Below, piece by piece: positions 39,029-50,515 of a stretch of DNA of 64,000 nt. Made by a program: the position numbers and the translations under genes. The notes beneath the pieces are model-generated. The model worked only from the letters and a program-made list of their open reading frames with translations, was not told the origin of the DNA and made no database searches. Every line of letters starts with the position of its first letter. Within the stretch, counting starts at the first letter, position 1. The DNA comes from Callorhinchus milii (lineage: Eukaryota), in assembly GCF_018977255.1 (NCBI RefSeq), contig NW_024704742.1, forward strand, positions 95,792,001 through 95,856,000. Direction: 5' to 3'.

Positions 39029-42000
39029 TGTCTGTCCAGGGCACACAAAGCATCCTGGAGTTCCCACATGGCACACATTGTGCATGCAACTGTTCTCAGC
39101 TGCCCTGCCATATTCCCAGACATGCTTTATATTATTTTAATATAACTTATATATTTTATAATTATGCACCACTTTCCCCGTCTGTACCGAATTCCCACTC
39201 TCACCAAATTCCTTAACAGAATTCTCACTCTGTTTCACCTCACTCACTTTCCTCATGCTGCTGGGCTCTCTGCTCAAGTGAGGCTTTCGCAAGTCTTCTC
39301 CTTTATATAGGACTCAAACAAAAGCACCCAAACTGAATGATGTCAGTGTACATGTAGGTTTTGTTAGGTGACACGTTGACGTGGGCACTGTTAATGACTT
39401 ACATCTAGAAAGTACATATCTTGCTCCACAAAATGTATCAGATGTGAAGATGGCGACTATGAGATGGACTGATATTATATCTGATGTGTCCTCTTATCTC
39501 TCTATCTGGAATTACACAAAGGATGGAATTATCTCCAGGCAGTCTTGTAGGAGATCCGATCTTCTGAGCATTTAGCAGCACACCATGAATTCCCTTCTCT
39601 GGCTGAATACTGTTTCCTGGCTGCAGGCAACGATGCCTCATTGACAAGGGTGGAATGGAGCCAGAAGAAGGAACACACTGACTCACTCAATGAGACAGAA
39701 AAGAGACAGGACACAGATTGTTTAATCACCAGTACTTGGGACCTGGAAACCAACAGATGTGGAGAACATTTAGAAAAACACATCCAATAATGGATGCAAT
39801 ACGTTATGCATTATTGTGTACAGGACTATTTACATGCATAATACAGACTTTAAAAGGTAGTTTGAGATGTTCTACATATGTTACATTTATAATGCTTTGT
39901 CATCTACTGTATCAAGAGATTGCACAAAGAGGAGATGGTAATGTAAGCACACCTGCCTGGTATTCCAAGGGATAAAATTCTAAATTAGATACAGTATTGA
40001 GAATTTTTGCACTATGTTTCTCAGGCAAAACTATACTTTCTTTTGTGGCATAGCACCTTGCGAATGCCAATTCGTTCTTTGATCTGGATTTCTTTGTGTG
40101 AATTTTGTTTTTTTACAATCTCTTGCCATGTTATTGATTATTTTCTCATAAGAGGGTCTAGTTTGTGGTTTGTTTAAGCCATGTGTAAATATATGCCCTC
40201 TTACATTTTGATGTTGCGCTTTTCTTGACTGGAGGATATCTCAGTGTTTCACAGGATGTATGTAAGGTACAGTGTTGTATTTTGTAGGTGAAACTTCAGA
40301 TACAGAGATATTCAATCAACAGCCAACAAAAAGGATTCCAGGTGATTCTGGAATCTCCGATACAGTTTTTAATTCCATACTTAGAGACTTTTACTAATCT
40401 CTGAGAGAAAGTGTTATTATGGGGATGAACCAAAGTTTCTGTAAAAGTGAACAGAATATTCTTGTTGGTGATTGAAGGATAATTATAGAACTCGGTGTTC
40501 ACTTGGTACATATTAAATTCTTATTAATAATGCAGTGATTTTAATTTGGCGCAACTGTGACCATTTTCATTTGGTATAAAATGTATACCAAATTATGAAA
40601 AGTCAATTGATTCACATGTGAATCAATCCCCCACCCAAAGCAACAACAACAACATTACATTTATATAGCGGCTTTCACAACAATGTTATAAGTGCATGAA
40701 GAAGGGACACTTGGACAAAGTAGAGGAGAAAAAAGGCTGTTGCCCTTTGAACTGCACCTCGGGATGTATTGGTACTGTTTTCAGGGGAGAAGAAGGAAAG
40801 AAAAGGGCAGAACATTGAAGAATAAGAAATAAATGAAAATTGTGGCTGCCAAATTTTAGCATGATGAGGTGCATTAACAGTGTCTCCAAAATAAAAATTT
40901 TCCCCGATGGATGGCAAAAAAGTTAAAACATAATCATTCTGACAGAATGTTACTTCTAATCACAAGCTGCTTCATTCCTGTCTGGGGCATTGGTATTTAC
41001 CAGACCATAATGTTTTCCTGAGTCAGACGCACATAATTCTACCCACATCAGATCACATGAGATATTGCTTCCTGATGGACAGATGGGAAACCATCTGTAA
41101 AACAGTAAACTGTCCTCTGCAAATGCATGTTTGAGGCCTATCCTATACATGATTCTCAATTGGGTTCATTAGTCAAGTGAAGCTGGTGCAGGTGGGGGTG
41201 AATTAATGGTGTGGTGCACGCTGGTTGCGTGTAGAAGAAAGAGACAGATGGATATATTTCCTCTGGGACTGTCAATGACTGTTCTGTTTCTGGATCAAGA
41301 CTTGAGTGTTTCAGTGTCCTCTTGAAATTGAAGGTTTCTGCTCCGGTAGAGAGCCTACTAGGATATAATGCACTAATTTGTAGTTCTCACTACAAGGTAC
41401 AGTACTGCACATTAGCCATACTACTACACTACCAAATTTAAAAGAAATAAAACACCAGTTCATCTCATTTGCTGTTTTACTGAAATTACTTACATGTGAA
41501 ATATTATTGTTCCTTTCAGGAAGCCAGGTTACATGGAAGATTAGAATCACCCAGCTTGGAAAAGATTGAACCAATGAGGGATATAACAGTCAGCAGCAAC
41601 AATATGGACGTCTGATTCACAATAGTCCCAAATCCAATTTATTGCATTAATGGCAACTTATCCTTGCAAATTTTGGAAGTTTGACTTGGAATTTGCAATT
41701 CTCCAGCTGCAAATTTCTCTGTATGATATCACCATGCTGAAGAGTATCCAAACCAGGGTGAGAATTCCATGCATCCCACCTACAAATGGAAAGTCCAGAG
41801 AAAGCCAGGCTGTGCTGTCATCAACAGTGTCCTGAAGTTTGACGGACTTGCATCAGGAACCGGACTACCGAGATTGCCACAGAGGGCTGGCTCGATTCTG
41901 ACATTCCGTTGCCAAGAATGTCACCTTGGAGCCAGTTCAGCTCCAAGGAGACCCCAAGTAGATGATGTTTGCAAACCGGAAAGTATGCACACATTAATTT

Positions 42001-42499
42001 CACAACTGTGCTTATCTTCAAATCAGTAGAGAAGTAGTGAACAAACATTATCTATGACACTAGAATCTGTTGACTCCATGTTCGATCACATCTCCCCTAC
42101 CTCTGACCCATCTTGGTTTCCCACTCCATCCCTATGAAGTATACATTGTTGTATGTATTCAGTTTTCCACTGCCTTAATATATTCACAACTGTGAATTTA
42201 AAACTGTGATGTCAGACAGATAGACATGACTTGTGTTGGCCAGGATGTTGAAAAAGCTGTGTGAAAAAGTTGAAATACGGACAGCAGATGATATGGACTA
42301 ATTTGCTGTTTTGACAGCACATGGACAGTGAGATAGATGTTGGATTGGATATTATCAGTATATTGTAAACATATATGGATGGAAGTCAAAATTTGGGAAT
42401 TATCAGTATGATGATAGCAGAAACCAGAGGCAAGTAGATTTGGAGGATGATTTGAGAGCACTTGTAGTGGTCTGTAGTGAACACCTGAAGTGAGCTGAA

Positions 42500-43370
42500 A
42501 GATAGAAAAGGTTTATAGAAAGAATTGTGAAATTTAATGGTAGGTTATCGAAAAAAATGGAGACAGGAAAGTTTCTATAAGTTTAGAAATGAAAACCTAG
42601 GTCATGTAGATGCTTTAACTTTCAGTAAAATATAAGCATCCAGAGGTTCAAGGTACTAATGCAGAGCATTCAGATCAGGGACAATGATTGTTGGACCATG
42701 AAGAAAAATAATGTATTGGTATTGAGATGTAGATCAAGATTTGCAGCAAATTAGAGACTATGGACAAGATGAATAGGGTTCTTTACACTGAAGAACAGAT
42801 TTTTGGATTTTCAAGGACAATTTACCAAATGATAATCTTTAGAGGGCTAGTTAGGCAACGTTCAGTTCAACTTTGGGCATGACACTTCAGGAAGGATATA
42901 TTGGCCTTGGAGGGAATACAGCGCAGATTCACCAGAATGATCCTGGGATGAAATTGTTAAGTTATGAGGATAGATTGCATATGTATTATTGACATGTATT
43001 CCCTAGAGTTCAAAAGATTGATGGGTGATCTAATCAAGGTTTTTAAAATGATAAAGGGACTCGATAGATACAAAGAAATTATTTCCTCCAGAACAAGGGG
43101 GCATAATCTTAAAATAAGAGTTAGGAGTGAAACTAGGAATGCATTTTTTAACACAAAGTGTTGTGGAAATCTGGAATTCTCTCTCCCAAAAGTCTATGGA
43201 TTCAATTAGAATTTTCAAGACTGAGATTGATAAATATGGGAGAAAGAGTGGATAAATGAAGCTGAGATATAGATCAGTAAAATATAAGCATCTAGAGATT
43301 CAAGGTGATTGTATAGAATGATGGAACAGGCTAAAGGGACTGAATGGTCCTTTCCTGTTCTTCTGTTTTT
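42500..43370 (+). mobile_element. Degenerate CR1 3' region
   Basis: LMGDLIKVFKMIKG, RTRGHNLKIR motifs; GAATGGTCCTTTCCTGTTC 3' end. Confidence 0.8.
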
Positions 43371-43989
43371 ATGTTTGTTTCTTTCATGAAGGACCGACCA
43401 AGTCCAGATTGGAATTTCAAGGTCAGGCCATTTAACATTCCAAACGTCAAGGCCAAATCATGTTGGAGTCTGTAGATACAAGCACATGCACTATGTTTTC
43501 AGCGCTTTGGGACGTCCTCCCAACGTAAAAGGCGCTCTATAAATTTAATTTTGTTGTTGTTGTTGTAAAGTCAGGAAACAGATACCAACATCCTGGGACA
43601 TTGAGGGCAGGCTGTGTATAGATCTAGACAGTTAAGTCAGGCCAAAAAGTCAGGAAATTGTTTGTATACAGACAGAAAGCCTTGGTACAAGTCATTAAAT
43701 GATCTGGGAATCTTAGCAGTCTACAATATTAACATATACTTGTCATTAAAGAAGTATAAGGTTTCTTGGTCCAAAAATGTAACTATTTTCATGGAAATCC
43801 TAATAATCCTCTGGTTACTTAAGCTGCTTTAACTCTGTCCATCAGAAAGGATGTGAATTGTGGACCATCATCGGTCATGGGGGAATGTTTGAGAATATAA
43901 TCCATGACACAATATAATCAGTTCTCATCTGGAAAGCATAGACATTATAAAGAGTATCAACTTGGTTTTAGAAGCAATAGGTAGGAGTC

Positions 43990-44760
43990 ACATTGAGAGG
44001 ACTGCGTGAAGTTTGGGCCATTCTGCTATGATATCGAAGGGATGGAGAAGATGCTGAGAAGATTCAGGAGGCATGTTTTGGTACGTGGAGTTATGAGGAG
44101 AGATTTGGAGACCCCAACTTTGGTGATAAAGGGAGACATGATCCAGATTTTTTAAATGCTGAGAGGTATGGAGGATGCAGATGTAAACAAGGTATACAAA
44201 ATTACATTTGCATGGCATCTTTCATATTAGGAGGATGTCCCAAGGTGCTGGCTAGTCAGGGATTTGGACCCAAATGAGGAGGGCAGGGGGTGGTTTGGAA
44301 TAAGGGAGGATGGAGGGCAGGGAGGGTAGAAGGGTGGTCAAAGTCACAGTCAAAAAGGACGCAAGGGAGGGAGCAACGCGAAGGGAATGGTGGGGTGGGC
44401 CTGGCACGGTTGTGGAGCCTGGTGAAATGAAGTTTTAGACAAGTGGGAACAGAAGGTATCGGCTTNAAAAAAATTAAATTCCCAAATGACTAGAGATTTA
44501 AGGATTTTATTTTTCATAGAGCATTGGAATATAGGAACAGGAGAAGGTCATTTAGCCCATCAAGACATGTGGAATAAGTGTACCACAAAATCAGTTGATA
44601 ATGTGCCAATTAATTCCTTCATAAATAAGATCAATATAAGCTTGTACTGGAGCATATAAGGATATAAGGTGCTGAGAAGCATCAGGATGCATGTTTTGGT
44701 ACTTAGAGTTACGAGGTTTGAGGAGAGGCTTGCAGACCTCCAACTTTCTTTGGGGATAAA
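43990..44760. mobile_element. Mosaic of degenerate CR1 pieces (+) interrupted by an L2 3' fragment (-, ~44185-44430)
   Basis: RGDMIQIFK-like motif; AAAATTACATTTGCATGGCATCTTTCA tail in reverse. Confidence 0.55.
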
Positions 44761-45040
44761 GGGAGTCCTGTAGCTCAGTGGTTAGAGCACTTGCCTTACA
44801 AGTGAGAGACCTAGGTTTAATTCCAGATCAGGGCAAAATGTTGAACAAGTTTTCTTACTCCACACACCTCTGTTAACCCAGCAGTAAACCAGTCGACCTG
44901 GTTGTTAGTCAATTGGCAGATCGCTTTTCCGGAGGTAATAATCCCTTAGAAAAATAAATAACTAAAAATAATAATAATACTAATAATAATTCAGTCACTC
45001 AATCCAGGACTGTTCATGGGACACTGCTATGCACAATTGG
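44761..45040 (+). mobile_element. tRNA-derived SINE, long variant, 3' truncated
   Basis: GGAGTCCTGTAGCTCAGTGGTTAGAGCAC head; central CCTCTGTTAACCCAGCAGTAAA block. Confidence 0.85.
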
Positions 45041-46339
45041 TGAGATATAGTGGAGCAATCTTGTCTGTGGAAGGAAGGAGTCCAGAGGCCAGGGATGAAT
45101 GATGTGAATGGATGAATATTATGGAGCTTTTGCTTGATTACTTTTAGGGTTCAGTGTATCAACGTAGACTTTGATCCCAGGAGCTAGACTAGCTGACGTG
45201 GAGTCTGCAACAGGGTGGGCTTTGGGTAATTTATGGCAGGAGTGGCTTTGATGGGCCAAAGGTTTATTCTTGTCTTGCGTTCTCTTATGCTTTTAATTTT
45301 TAATTGTGTACAATTTTACTTCATAGTCTTTCCTTTTTATTGGAACTACACACAATTCCATCTCCTCAGAAGTTTAGGTTCCTTGTTGAAATGACTAGTT
45401 AGCTGATAATAAATGAGCATTTTGTGTTAGCTTATTTCTTCGAAATTTTATTCTATTTTGGGTGGTACATTTTAAAAAAAGAGTCAATCTGCAGTTTTCA
45501 AACAATTACCGAAAGTGGCAGAGGTCCTTGGCTGAGTTACTATCTTCTATATGTCTGGCGACCTCATTAATTCTATGAAGATTATTTTCTGCATTCATGA
45601 TTTGATTTGAAGCATTCATATTACACTGACACTGCAGCTATTTTGGTAAAGTGGCCACACACATTGAAAGTAAAACTGGGCATCAGGGTAACACTGCATT
45701 TTGACAGAGGGTGTTTTGTATCAGCAACAGCAACGCTAAATTAGTCCTTAATGCATTGCAGAGTCTTGCTTTGAGAGCAAGTATAAAAGAGGTCCTGACA
45801 GTACATTGTACATTTGAAATCTCTATGTTCACAGTGCGGCCACAAGAGCTGAACTGAGTGCCCTGGCACTTGCTGGCTAGTGACCTGCATCTGAATGATG
45901 TGCTTGAAAGAAGAGTCAATATTTTATGTGGTTATTAAGCAACAAAACATAAGTCTTTTGCTATGTATTTAACACAATACCTGTTTGAGAGTCAGGTCTA
46001 ATTAAAGGACACAAATACGTCGGCTTTTTCTTTGAAGCTAACCAGTAGACACTCATCATCGAATGTCAAGTCTTTGGTTTTAATCATGCATTTTATATCA
46101 TTCTGACCTAGATCACTGCCTATGACAACTGAGATAGTGTGTTGTCTTTCCCTGGAAGATGTAGCAGTAGTTGATGGATGTTTTCTCATCCCTAACCTCA
46201 TTACTACCAGCTTCCCATCCATCTAATGAAATGCTATGATAGAGTGAGGCAAAGCACCATAAATCACGCTATTCTAGGTGCCCTGAGCAGATTCATTAGA
46301 AACACTGGCTATATATCTGTTCAGAAGAAGAAAAAATAA

Positions 46340-46376
46340 ACACACGCACACACACAGACACACACACACACACACA
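46340..46376. repeat. Imperfect (CA)n microsatellite
   Basis: Direct reading. Confidence 0.9.
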
Positions 46377-46866
46377 ACAGCTTATTTCACGTCTCCTGCT
46401 AACTCTCACTTTCTATGGCATTCTGCTTCAATTCATTCTGGTCACTTGAGATGATCCTTATCGGAATTCACAAGGATGAAAGCAGCGTGACCTGAAGTAG
46501 ACCATGTGACCATATGAAACAAATTAGTGTTTTGGCCAAAGGGTGAGAAAGATTTACAAAATGAGATGACTTTGATATCAGGAACTGTATTAGAAAGCGT
46601 GAATAAGTGAGAAGGAGCCAGAAAACAACCGTCAATTATTTATTGCCTGCTTTCAGTCAGTTATTAACAGCCCAAGAGCTCTCGGCCAAACTCTTCAATT
46701 CTACAATAGTAACAGCCTTGTCAAAGTAATTTGCTCTCAGCTATCGTTAAATGATCAGTATGAACAGGGAGCTGGCTTCAGTGAACAGATCTCTGTGACT
46801 TGCATGAGTGCTTTGCTTGCTGGAACAGATTCATTATTTTTAGATGACTTCTTTTTCTTCCCTCAG

Positions 46867-46981
46867 GACCCCTTAGTGCACAGCTGAATGTCAGCCTGAT
46901 TGAGATCCTGAATGCATTTTCAAAGGAAAGCTGTTACATTTCATAAGTTTTATTCATATACCATGATGAGCTAGCCCAGAG
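46867..46981 (+). other. Candidate non-coding exon, 115 nt
   Basis: cttctttttcttccctcAG acceptor, GAG|GTAACC donor; stops in all three frames. Confidence 0.33.
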
Positions 46982-48504
46982 GTAACCTACTTTATCAATA
47001 GGAAATTGTGATCGTGGTTCTTGGCAAAGGCATTGATGAGGATGGGGGTGATAATAGACAAAAGATAAAAAGAAAAATGAAATATCTGCCTGAATGTTAA
47101 GGATAGATTATTTCTTTTATAAAAATGTAGCAAATTAACATATCCAGATTTGGATGACTTGAAATGGCTGTCTCATGTAATATTCTGTCACCTTGGTGCA
47201 GAGCTTCATATTTATCATTGGAATCAGTATATGATTAGAGTGCAAGTGAATTTAAATGAAGAAACCAAAGCTGGGGAAATCTGAACATGTAACATAGTTT
47301 GTGTAGTGCGAAGAATAAAAAAAAGAAAAATAGTTTCAACAGTACACATGGATGGAGGTTAAACGTTAAGAGATGTAACAGAATGACGGTCAATTTAATT
47401 TTACGCATCTCCTATATTTAAACATGCCGTGAAATTAAATTGACAAAAATTTTAATTTCTGACTGCTTGCTCTATTTTGTTTTGGGGTGAGGGTGGTGGG
47501 GAGTGTAATTCGCTTCCCCCAGAAGTGCTGGCAATGTGATGGGATTAAATGTTTTTTTATGAGCTTGTTTGCCACTTTAAGGCAATTAGCACCACCTAAC
47601 CAGGTAAACAACATTTTATTTGGGAGTCAGGAAATGAGCCTTTGAAGGTTGTGTTACTCTTGCTGTCTCAAAAAAACTGTCTTTCTTTTTAACATGCCAG
47701 GAATTTTCGAATGAAAAATGCCAGTGGGACAAAATAAAAGCCTGCTGCCTATCACACTTTATTGATGGTAAACACTGTCTTCACTTATATGCAACTATTC
47801 ATAGAGAGGTGTTTCTCCCAATGTCTTGCCTAGCAATCTTCCAGATAAATTGATTATTCACTTCATGGCTGTTTGTGGAACATTACTGCACACAAATTGG
47901 CTGCTACTTTTGCTTTACAAACACACAGGCATCTGATGGCCTTGTGAAGCTCTTGAGACATTTCAATGTTATAGAGGCTATGTCAAATGTGAAGAATATT
48001 CAAGAATATTGATTGCATTGAATGGTAAAGAAAAGGCTGACATTTGATTGCATTTATTTTAGAATTTTACAATGGGTTAGCACTGGGCAGTACTTATATA
48101 TTTGCTTAATTAGTATTGAATGAACAACGATTGATACAATAGATGTTTTGGCACAGTTGGATATACCTATATACCTGTACAGTAAAGTTGCATATTTCAG
48201 CTTCAAGGTGCTTTGGCCAAATAGAATTGGAAATTATGGATAATTATGGAACATCCAGTTGTGGCATTGTGCAAAAGTTGTACAAATATGCATGAGGTTA
48301 CCAGGGATGTGATTTACTTATACTCCATGGTTAAACCACATCCTTAGCACCCTCTTGTGCATTTGTGCAAGTTTCTCCCACCAGAATGTAAATTTATATT
48401 TGACTGAACATTAGAAACCACTATGGAAAGATATTCGACTTGCAGAAAATACTTTACATTGATGGTTCAAGGAAACAAGGTATAATACCTTTTAATAAAC
48501 CTTG

Positions 48505-48882
48505 CAGTTAATAATTTGTCTCAGGTTATCAAAATACTTGACAGAGCTTTTCTGTAAAGTATAGTGCTGTAGATTTGTAGTCAAATGTGACAGCCATTTC
48601 GCATCAGCAACGAACAGCCATGAAGTCAATGATTTTTTTTTAAATCTGGAGGCTTGTTAACCAGGACATAGTGTCGAGGAATCTTTGACCCCATCTGAAT
48701 AGGCAGACAGAACCTTTATTTAATGTCTCATCCAAAGGACTGTAACTCCAACAATGAAACATCCTCTACCACTGCACTAGCATGTCAGCCCAGACTAAGG
48801 GCTCAAAGACCTGACATGGAACTTGAAGCCCACAATTTTCTGGCTCAGAAGCCAGAGTGCTACCAACTGAATTAGACTGACT
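48505..48882 (-). mobile_element. Degenerate Deu-domain SINE
   Basis: TTCAGTTGGTAGCACTCTGGCTTCTGAGCCAGAA head; CCTTTGGATGAGACATTAAA core. Confidence 0.75.
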
Positions 48883-48916
48883 CCTTCAACTGGAGGGGAA
48901 GTGGGTGGGGGAGGTT

Positions 48917-49060
48917 ACAACAACAACAACAACAAGATTCGATTTATAGAGCGCCTTTCACGTCGGGAGGACATCCCAAAGCACTGTACAGTTGGGTCAG
49001 GACCCGAGCAAGGGGGAAATGGTCAGGGTGAGGGGAGGGAAGGGAGGGAGCGAGGAGGGG
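48917..49060 (-). mobile_element. L2 extreme 3' fragment
   Basis: (AAC)n plus 3' stem-loop; inverted near-copy of 53455-53628. Confidence 0.88.
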
Positions 49061-49375
49061 GTAGAGAGTCGACAGGTTAGGCTTAGGACAGGATCTCAAC
49101 ATGTCTCTTTCCATTGTTTTAGAATTTATTATGTTAAGAACCGATCACAGGTATAAAACACCCAAGTGATTCCTGACTGTAGCTTCATAGAGCTAGTTGC
49201 TACCTGCAAATGTGATGGTCCCAAAAAAGGCAGCTTGCTGCTACATCTTCTGAATGACGATTATCTTTGAAATTCAGGGGTGGCAGTCAGTTCAATTCCT
49301 TTGTAAATGGCTATCAAAGTCTTGCAACACTTTTACCTCTACCATGCCAGCCAGCATATTAAAAGTGACATTCAG

Positions 49376-49698
49376 AATAATAATAATAATAATCCCTGCA
49401 TTTGATACAGCGCTTTTTACATCTTCGAGACGTCCCAAAGCGCTTCACAGAACATACTGTAAAGTGAATTGACTGTATATTTGTGGGCGAACGCGGCAGC
49501 CAATTGCGCACAGCAATGTCCCACAAACAGTCATGGATTGAAAATGACCAATTTATTATTATTTTGTTTTTTTGGAGGGATTATTATTAGGCGTGTGGAG
49601 TAAGGAAACTTGTCCAAGGTTTCGCCCTGCCTGGAACTGAACTCAGGTCTCTCGCTTTCAAAGCGAGTGCTCTAACCACTGAGCTACAGGACTCCACA
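49376..49698 (-). mobile_element. Full-length tRNA-Ala-derived SINE, short variant
   Basis: Reverse-complement near-copy of 3253-3579 with A and B boxes and (ATT)n tail. Confidence 0.92.
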
Positions 49699-50285
49699 AG
49701 TGAGAAGATTCATATCACCAGGCCTTTGGAAGCACCAGGGTGCTTGACTCAAGAGGGGTCAAGCAGCTAGCTTTCTCCATGTACAGCTTTTTCCCTATTC
49801 TCAATAGGACCAAGTTCCTGATAATATTCTCTCATAAAGAACTTTTGCTTCAGTTCCACCACGCAGATTGTCTGAGTAACATGTTAAACCCCTCTCCCAT
49901 TGATTTTCCTTTTGTTTTCACAGCGTTCCTAGTGTGAATAAACTTTATAGGTTTATTCACTTAAAAGCAGATGGTTGTTGAAGGAAAAAAAAGTGTATTC
50001 CCCTGGATATGGCTCTGGGATCAATTAGCAACAGGAAAGCTGAATCCCTGATAAGGGCAAGATTTTTCACTAGACAAACTGAAGTTGCTGTTAATGAGAA
50101 CTGACGGCACATCGTATTTACCTGTGGTACGGATTTAATCAGCACAGTCCCAATTTTGTCCTTTTTGCTTTGAGTTCTGATTGAAGCAGGGTAAAGCTGT
50201 AATTTGTGGTCTAGCTCTGAGCCAAGTAAAACACGATTTGGAAAATGACTTGAAAACTGTTACTTTTTGAACCTTGAGGAAATAT

Positions 50286-50515
50286 CAACTTGGCTCAGTT
50301 GGTAGCACTCTCATCTGTGAGTCAGAAAGTTGTGGGTTCAAGTCCCACGCCGGGACTTGGAACTCATATAGTGTAGGCTGATACTCTAACACGTTGCTAG
50401 GGTGGGGTGCGTTGTTGAAGATGCCGTCCTTCAGATGAGATGTTAAACTATCTGCTTGTTCAGGTGGAAGTTAAAGATTCCTTGACACTATTTGAACAGA
50501 AAAGGGAATTTTTTT
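50286..50515 (+). mobile_element. Deu-domain SINE 5' half
   Basis: GGCTCAGTTGGTAGCACTCTC...GGGTTCAAGTCCCAC; GCCGTCCTTCAGATGAGATGTTAAAC. Confidence 0.85.

Larger units (their letters stand above)
36090..39330 (-). mobile_element. CR1 LINE 5' part: 5' UTR, ORF1 (zinc finger + SGNH esterase), ORF2 APE endonuclease and linker; RT absent; two nested insertions
   Basis: ORF1 ATG at 39111 (MAGQLRTVACTMC), MVCCLPGARVEDI, VMVHVGIHD, DGLHLNRAGT; ORF2 YDVVAITETWL, LAGNIKGKPKVFYNHIKNKR; multiple stops and frameshifts. Confidence 0.92.

Noticed and set aside
39438..39783. Overlapping 82-84 aa ORFs as a coding exon
   Set aside because: Several frames equally open, no recognisable motif, ambiguous splice sites
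45998..46222. 74-aa - strand ORF
   Set aside because: No domain; KEKADVF hints at most at a very old LINE linker relic
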